DNA from: Fimbriosthenelais zetlandica
Lineage: Eukaryota
Direction: 5' to 3'
DNA length: 64,000 nt
Assembly (NCBI GenBank): GCA_977030845.1
Contig: OZ365112.1
Span: forward strand, 21,514,001 to 21,578,000
The translations under genes and the position numbers were made by a program. This document shows positions 55,621 through 64,000 of this stretch, piece by piece (positions within the stretch are counted from its first letter, which is position 1; the number at the start of each line of letters is the position of its first letter). The notes under the pieces are model-generated. The model saw nothing but the letters and a program-made list of their open reading frames with translations. It was not told the origin of the DNA and ran no database searches.

Positions 55621-57437
55621 ATTGGTATCAAGTAATGAAGGAATGGCATAAATACTCCTCTGATTATCTTTCCAAGTAAATAGAGAACACCACACGTTGA
55701 GATTCAATGAGGCGAATTGGAATGTTATGCCATGTTATTGCATGGTTTTTGTTGGAGGCCAATTGTAATATGTAGTTCTTGTTGACATAGAAAAGAAAAT
55801 GGCTCAGAGCTACAGAAAAAATCTTACGTAGAGAGAATGAGAGAACAAGTGACTGAAAGAAGACAAGTCATATGTAAGAAATGTAACGATGTTCTTTACT
55901 AGCAGTTTAGTAGGCAGTTTAAGGACCTGCACAGGAAATCATGACGTGCCACATACTGTTCTCTACGTTTTTTTGCTTACATGTCTATGTGGTTTGTTCC
56001 ACCTCTTACTATAGGCCTACTACCTTTAGTCACGTTCAGTGCTTGTAATAGGGTTAGTGTCAGGTTAACTGACAAGGCAAATACTCTGAACAACCATTCT
56101 GTGTGTGGGTGTCTATCGAGGGAATACAAGGACAAACTGACTGGTCAAAAGTTATATACTTCCTGTTCTCAAATAAAATTTAATGGTTATGTTCACGTTT
56201 AACATGCAGGTGGACGAACAGGGCAGAAAGGGATCGTGCCGCATGCGTCAAAACATGACGCTTGCATCACGATTGGATATCAAACATTTTTTTCCTGTGG
56301 CAAGCTTCAAATAACCCTGAGGTTCTTACACTGTGCATGCCAGTTCCAGCTAAAGTGGGACATGACGAGGAAAGAGCTCTATTCAATATGAGACTGATGT
56401 ATGCCCACACATGCATAAAGTGTAATAAACAAAGCCAGGACTTTATCGGAGAAAAATCTTACTTTGGTCAGTATTGAGGATTGACACATTTAGTCATGAA
56501 TGCCGAGAACCTGGCTGAGGACGTTTCAGGGTCCCCAAGATAAAATAAATAGCCTATTTGGTAAAATAAACTAATATTTTTCCGTCAAGAAAAAAAAACA
56601 TCACCTGTCATTTCTAATGATTCCAGGAAAATAATGCTTCTGGTCAAGTTTTTTGAAAGTCAGATCATGTCCATTGAAGGCTCTGGCCTTCTTCATTAAC
56701 ACCAGAACTGCTTTGCATCCCTGGATTCCCTTAGGAAGGGTTCTTACCAAACACTCATATGCAGCTGATCCACTAGTTCTCTAACAGGCTCGTGAACACA
56801 TCTTGAACATTTACTGATCACCATGAGACATCATGAATAGTGCCTCACACACTAGACTCTGAAATTCATGATTTGCTACATTCATTTTTAGTGTTCAACT
56901 TGATGTCCTTGAATCATGGGCTGCCATATTTTCTTCTTGTTTAAAGATTCATTACGGCGCTGTGTTGAATGTCTGTCTGACTGGCATCAACAGCCAATAT
57001 TTCAGCAAAGTGTGATACATCATGTCTTCTTAAACATGCCTCTTCATAAAGGATGTTTTGGATAAATCCAGTCTGGAACATAAAGCGCAAATTATGGCTG
57101 ACCCAGGGTCAAGGTGATGCTCCTGCTAATGTACTTCTGTGATGGATATTTTCTGCACAATTAAGCTACCTCAATGTGAGGTGGGAGGTGGGGTCCCACC
57201 ATCAAACATCATCCCATGACACCACAATGCCACCTGCTCGCTCACACGTGGCCTTATGTCCTCTGCTATCGATGAAAACCAACAAAAAAACAATTCACTT
57301 TCTTGCAAAGACCCTTGCCTACAGGCCTTGACTACCTCATAATACCTCCATTTAGGGATGCAGCTGTTTCCTATGTTTCATAAAGGAAGCTTAGTAGTAG
57401 TTTACTACCCAGTTGGTGTGAGCATCGTGAGGAGCAA

Positions 57438-57457
57438 TTTTTTTTTTTTTTTTTTTT
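57438..57457. repeat. T20 homopolymer
   Basis: Read directly from sequence. Confidence 0.9.
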
Positions 57458-57698
57458 ACTATTTTTCACTATTGTTTTCAGTATTGTTTATACATTTTTA
57501 ATTGTGGAGACTTACTGTCAGTTTTATGAATAAATCATTACTAAACCACAATCTAGCTGCATGTTTTGTTTTCATGAAGGATCTCTCAAAAGTCCAATTT
57601 AGTCCAATTTCCTCGTTTGAGCATTGAATGAGAAAAGTACACGTTGACAGTGATGTAAAATGTCATACAGGATTGAAAAATGAACATATAAGATAGAG

Positions 57699-57838
57699 AA
57701 AAGTCTACAAACTGTGAAAAAAACGTCTGCACACTGTGAAAAAAAGTCTGCACAAGCTAAAAAAAAGTCTGCACACCGTAAAAAAAGGCTGCACTCGGTA
57801 AAAAAAAGAAAAAAAAGCTATGCAGATGGTTGAAAAAA
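57699..57838. repeat. Minisatellite, ~21-22 bp unit (A7-8 plus gtctgcacacYgt), five clear copies and one degenerate copy
   Basis: gtctacaaactgtg / gtctgcacactgtg / gtctgcacaagct / gtctgcacaccgt / ggctgcactcggt, each separated by a 7-8 nt A-tract. Confidence 0.85.
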
Positions 57839-60800
57839 GATACATTCCAACCTATTTTGTGACTTGGTATCCAACAGCCTCCGGACATTGCTTGCCGGGA
57901 TTGCTTGTAGGGATTTCACCCTAATTAATGGTTGCAGTGTACTGCATAACATTACATTTTTTTGTTCAATGCCTAAGATGGTTTGGCTTCGTCCATGGCA
58001 AATGTCTTGCGGTTGTGTCGGCTTATTCCTTTATTATCTAATAGATAAACAAGGTGGCTTGATGCGCTATAGAACATGAAAATGTTATTATAGCTATAGG
58101 CACCTCTCTTAAAATGATTACCATAGATAATCTCAATGGTGCACTCCTTACTGATTACAGTCTTACGTAATAAGGAATGTCACAGCTTCGTCCCATGCAT
58201 TTACCTGTACTGCAGTAGCTTGCATATGACCTTAGAATGCGTTGCTTCTATATAGGCATATCTATAACTATCTATTAGCTATGGAAATGTTCCACTTGGG
58301 ACAATAAAAATAGTTTATTATATATACCAATATAGAGGTATTTTTCAATGAGTCCTTGTAGACACTCACAACAGCCTTATCTTAATGTTCCACCAGGTCA
58401 CAGAGGTTGCCATGTAGCCCTTGCTGATCATAAAGAAATCCGTACTGTCACATCACTCGCAGAATGCTTTTCTATCATTCTCCCAAATAAGAATACTAAC
58501 ACTGAGGGAACATCAGTTCACTTAATGAGATTCGATAAAAGTAGTGTTCGGTTAGTAAATTGAGCCAACTTTCATTTCAAATAATACGTACATTGCTTCA
58601 CTGTCGGAATTCTTAATCAAGCATGGGTTTTATTTCAAACCTGAAGGAAACAAGGGGAGGTTAATTAAAAGCTTTTTTTAAATAACAGCGTTTTTGATTT
58701 CTTCAACAAGAAGAATCCATTCATGTTTAAACAGGCATCACTAGTTGCTTTAATAAATTATCAATTTTAAATGTCTCGTGGAAATGGAATTTTTTAGGTT
58801 GCATATTCGAATTATGTCCAAATTGGACTGTAAGCAATTTTGAGAAGCGAGTTTTTATTTTCATAGTTCCTGAAAGGTGGTTTATTCCTCTGTGGGCTAC
58901 ATAAGATGCCCCATCCACGTCTATATCATTAACTGTCTGTGGTTGAAGGGTAACATTGACCCATTGTTTTGTCTCATGAAGTTTCCATATCGTATGGCAT
59001 CTTGGAATCAATGGCGTGAATCTCCGGGGTTTTACTATGACACTGTTCTTGGAGGGACCAGCTACTCATGGTGCTTCCATAATGGGAATTGCCGAAGGAA
59101 GCTTCTGCCATCGATCCTTAACCAACTGTACCTTGTGACAATAGAGCACTAACCAGCACTTACACTATAGCCTGGGGCCATAGCCTTAACACAGGTGTCT
59201 CCAACCAGGAAAGAGAAAACCCCACTTTGTCAGATCTAACGCATGTGCAGTAGCCCAATTCCAGTCTATCCTTGGGGGCCTGACCCCTCTGTGCCAGGGA
59301 GGTGTTCGACTTTCCATGAGGCCTCTGGCTTTTCTCTTCTCACAGGGAGACATAGTTGATGGGTTGATATCACCATGATAAGCACATGCCCATTTTCTAG
59401 TTCTCCTTCATATTCTCAATGCTTTTGTTAAGTGAACCTGTCTACCACCCACTTATGTACCTGAACCCTTCTGTCACTCAGACCAAAGGTACAAAATGAT
59501 AGGAAACAGAGGGTTTTCACCAATAAGCCCTTGTTGACAGTCCTTGACTGACCTCATGTTGAGTGATTGATCACTGTACACATGTACTATAGATGGTTTA
59601 AACATGTAATCATAAAAGATATGGACAGTTTGGATTGCAATGGAGACAGGAGCATCATGTAACTGTTTCATCTTTTTATGATGAAACTAGGTTCCTGTTC
59701 TTTGAACTATTGCTGCACCCGAATTTCAGTGTTTATCCATTCCTCTATGTAACCTTTCATGACTAATGAGTTCGCTTTGTCTTCTGCATATTGCTGTCAC
59801 TTAGTCATTCCAGGCTTCTGCAATTGGAGGCAAGGTGCATAATTAATCAATGGGTAGTCTTGATTGGGAACACAGTTGTTGTCCACCAAAATTAATACAG
59901 TATCTAACCCAGAAGAGCAGATATCGTCGAAAAACTCGGTCTAACATTGGTATAACGGTTTCTGTCCAGTTATGCCAAAAATTGTTTTCCAGTAAAGCAG
60001 CTGTCAAGTTTCTAAATAATCTATCAACTCATTTCTCTCATTTCATTCCATTTAAAAACAGAATCTGTCACGAAACTGCAGACTGATAATTACTCCACGC
60101 CTTTTTAATTAACCCCTACATGTCCCCAGCCCCATTCGGGATCCTTTGAAGTGCGGTAGGCAAAACAGGTACTCTTTAGCACTCACAAAGCAGCTGTTGT
60201 TTTTTTCAGAAACTTCTTTACACTGCACTAAACAGAAAAAGGAACCTTGTTCTGTAGGACTCAGCACAGATCTAACATTGTCGATGAGAAAGAACTGATT
60301 CATTTTGTTCCAAAGAGATGTGTGGTATTAATAGTGCTGGTTCATCGTTGACTGTGGGGTTTGCCCTCTAATTGCAGTCAGTTTGAATAGGATTATATTA
60401 CTGAATTAACACATGTGTCCCACAAAGAGGACAATCATAATTGAATCATGAAATATATAATGGGTATCTTTTAAGTGTCCAAGCCTGACACGAAGTTATA
60501 TATTACTCGCATTATAGAAGCCTGGCAATTTCTGTGACACTGTTATGCACTGCAAATGCTTGATCTGGTTTGTTTCAGAAAACAGGTCAATCATTGAATT
60601 CTATAGCTAAACCCCCTGATACTATAGGGCCTACATTCTATTGACATTCCGTATTCCATGTAAACCAAAATAATCTGAATAATTATAATTTAGCAAACCA
60701 TATTACTACACTGGCTTTGCACTATGCCAACATGATCACTTCTTTGTGGTGATCTAGGTATTTAAAGTTTTCTCTTCAGAAAAAGCTAGAGATTTTCAGC

Positions 60801-63800
60801 CAATGAGTACTCGTAATCAAAACGAGACCTGGCACCTGATCATCACGTGACCAGAATCGCAAATTCGCATGGAAAGATAGATCACGATAATTTTTCCCTT
60901 CAGTGTTTTAATCACACAGACCGAGTTGAAGGCATGTTTAAATGACCAATTTTCTTTTTCGATGGGACAAATTGACGTGTAAGGAGGTTTTGTAGGGAAA
61001 TGTTTCAATAGTTCTGGCATGATCTCACTACAGATATTATTGGGAGAATTCAACACGCTAGCTGACTTCAGATTGAAGTTGTCATGATATTTGAGGGCAT
61101 AATTATTCTTAAAGGGATTTTGGTCTTTATTGTTGGTAGCGATTGGAAGAGGTTATCATGACCTTAATACGTTTTAATTATTATGGAATTTAGGGGACAT
61201 CCAAATATTAGGATTATATTGATAATTACATTATATTGATAATATTAAAAACTTATATTCTATACAGATAGATAAATACCAAATCTATTGGAATCAACAT
61301 GTATATCGTTTGAAGTCGTCAATGATTTCTAATTATACAACCATTCTTTCATTAAGTTGATAACAGCAAGGACATAACATGAGTAGATTTGCTAGATTTT
61401 CTGTTTCAGGTTGAATCTAAAGTTTACATGGTTATATCATTCCTATTACTTGAAGTGACATCCATTTTGCAAAGGCAGATGAATGACTGGACCATATATA
61501 CATACTTTATGTAGGAGATCTATACGTATATATTGTACTTCACGCCCTTGATAAATAATGCAAGGGAGAAGCTGATTGAACACACAAGTGTAAAAGAACA
61601 ATTGAATTTCTCCTTCATATCACGAATAATTTAACAGTAGATTGTATGACATCCTTTGTTTCCTTTGTAATTGTAACTGCTCGCTATGTTGGTGTATTAC
61701 CCCCTTTTCCCCAGGGATATTGAAGGCAGAATAGACAGATCTCTTATCAAGATCCATCATATAGCACAGCGACCGGAAGTAGTTCTTCTCATCTGAAGTA
61801 CCATTCCCATTTAGGAGAAGATAGGTATGGTCATGAAGAGAATCTGTCCTCGGCGGTACCTTCTGGCAATATGTTTACATTACGTGTCAATTTAACGGAA
61901 GGACGACATTCAAATTGTACAAAATTCATATCTGAAAGGTGTCATTAAACCCTCTTAAGAACAGAGAGACATTTGAGATTAATGCAGATGAATCTTGTGT
62001 GATGCAGTGAATCAAATGTTGTTAAAGTTCCTGATGATTATCTTTCTTCAACCTCAGACATCTGGTTTAAAAGATAAGATGTGACTCGATTGGATTTAAA
62101 GCCAATAATAGAAACCTTTCAGGCATTAAATGTGGGCCATAAAGATTTAATGATAATCCTGATTAGATTTCAGGAAGTGTGAAGGAACAATGGCGAACAC
62201 AAAGCGCATATTACCTATGAAAGTGGAAATTAAATTGTTCCAACTTTTCCCCGACCACTTCTGCGCAGAAATGTCATTACTGCAACCACACACAGGCATC
62301 AGCATCAAAAGAATTCCTCAACACTTCCCTATAGAAGTTGTACATAAAGCCTTACAAAATGCATTTTCCTCTATGATAAAACCCAACAGACAAAAGCATC
62401 AAAGTCAGGGACAACGGAAATTCATCCCTAAACCCTGCATTGAGCCCCAACCCCCTTTTAAACAAAATATGCAATCAATCAAGGTGTTCTGGATGTTCTT
62501 CTTCTTTTATTACTTGAATGTGCTGACAAAGACTTGGTTGTGAAAAAAGTGTGGCACAATGCATGCAACATGTACATGTAGCATGGCTGATTTAGTCAGT
62601 TTGAAGCCAGTAATATGTAGAGGACTTTATCTATACAATCGATGTAAAGAGAGTGACATTTAACCCGAGTCACAAGTTTACTGCACGGGCTCGATATCAA
62701 AGTGAATACAAAATTTATTGTACTTCCCAGTAACCCAAAGTCCCTACATTAGAAAAAGTGTATTTTAATGCAAAATGCAAATTTCCAGGGACATAGACCT
62801 TGAAATGCATGCTTGGCTATATGTCAAATTGAAGTCTCCAGTATATTATTACCAGTTACCACAATGTTGAAGGGCAGTGACTGAACAGCGGCATTTCAAG
62901 TCTAGCCAGGACTACATCTTAAAGTTATTTCAGTGTGATGAACCCTTACCCATTGGAAATGTCATGACAGTGTAGTACCCATTCAAATGGCCTTTCCCTG
63001 GCTCTGTGTCCATGTAAGAGGTGTTAGAAGGTGCCCTGTTTGGCAGAGCTTGTACCAGAAGTTATAAGTTAGATATATCTCGCTCTCACCATTGAGCAAT
63101 GGATGTTATTCTCTGGCAATCGCAAGGGAGAAGTCGTTCAAGGCCATGCGTTGTCAAGGGAATTTTCTCATAATGTTATAGTGTGCTGAACTTCTGAGTA
63201 ATACGTCACAAGGTCTTGACCTACACTGTAACATTTAGCTGCAGGACAAATATTGTCTGCAGGAAACAGACGCGGCCTCCTTAATTGTTGCCCAGATTTC
63301 TAAAAGTCCAAAAATCAGATTCGCCATGACTTAATCCTTTAAATTCTTTAGGATCATCTTTCCGTCCTAATTACGGCCAAGATAAAGTATTATAGCTATA
63401 GTAGGAGAGAGTAATTGGGAGAGCCCTTACCTATTCATTTATCATCGCGTAAAGTTTCATAAGATATTAAAGCATACTTGAGGCTGACTCTCAGCTCTGT
63501 TTTATGCCAACATAAAACCCCAATGCATCATTTTAATACCTACTGTAAAGACCATTTGCATGCGATCACTGGCAGCTGCTGGTGGTATATAATAACTGAA
63601 CTTTCTATTAAGGGTCAACATCGTACAAGCTAACAATAAAATAGTAAACTCTCAGTCATAATAGCGTAGATTAAGTTAATGTTGGCATTCATCTGCTATA
63701 ATGACTGGTGTACTATATAGTTTACGACCTAAAGAGGCAATGAAATCAATGGAACCTGCCCCTGTTTTCTCTCCAAGTTTACACTTGGCTTTGTTGCTTG

Positions 63801-64000
63801 GAATACCAGCCAGTATTCCCGATCAAAGGCTATACATGTGTGAATTTTATAATGCTTGTTTAGTCTTTGGTCATTGTCCTATTTCAATTTTGGTCCATGA
63901 GAACATTATGCCCATATCAAGAGATAATTCTATAGAATTATGATGTACAGAATCAGGTATGGAGGTGATTTTTCCATCCGATTTATTGATCAAATATTTC

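Noticed and set aside
62190-62543. 117-aa plus-strand ORF
   Set aside because: No recognisable motif or supporting splice structure.
5360-63547. TACAGTA/TACTGTA as Sleeping Beauty-like footprints
   Set aside because: About 13 counted versus about 13 expected from base composition, so there is no enrichment.

Overview
AT-rich (roughly 37% GC, estimated by eye) metazoan genomic DNA with GT-AG introns. It resembles a marine invertebrate genome, but the species cannot be determined from sequence alone. The only gene I can fully support is a complete 19-coding-exon SLC15 (PepT1/PepT2-type) proton-coupled oligopeptide transporter on the + strand, 3069-10820, 711 aa by my exon join. The first ~850 bp are the 3' end of an upstream tandem paralog. 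Its last intron fragment and terminal exon are ~99% identical to the downstream gene, but its 3'UTR is only ~80-90% identical, which suggests gene conversion. The remaining ~53 kb (11.3-64 kb) has no coding region I can support. It contains two minisatellites, microsatellites, heavily decayed LINE-like fragments, a few promoter-like motif clusters, and an excess of two TA-flanked palindromes (TAGGCCTA, TACATGTA) that look like DNA-transposon excision footprints. I found no CRISPR array, RNA gene or convincing novel multi-gene system. All counts and alignments were done by hand, without database searches.
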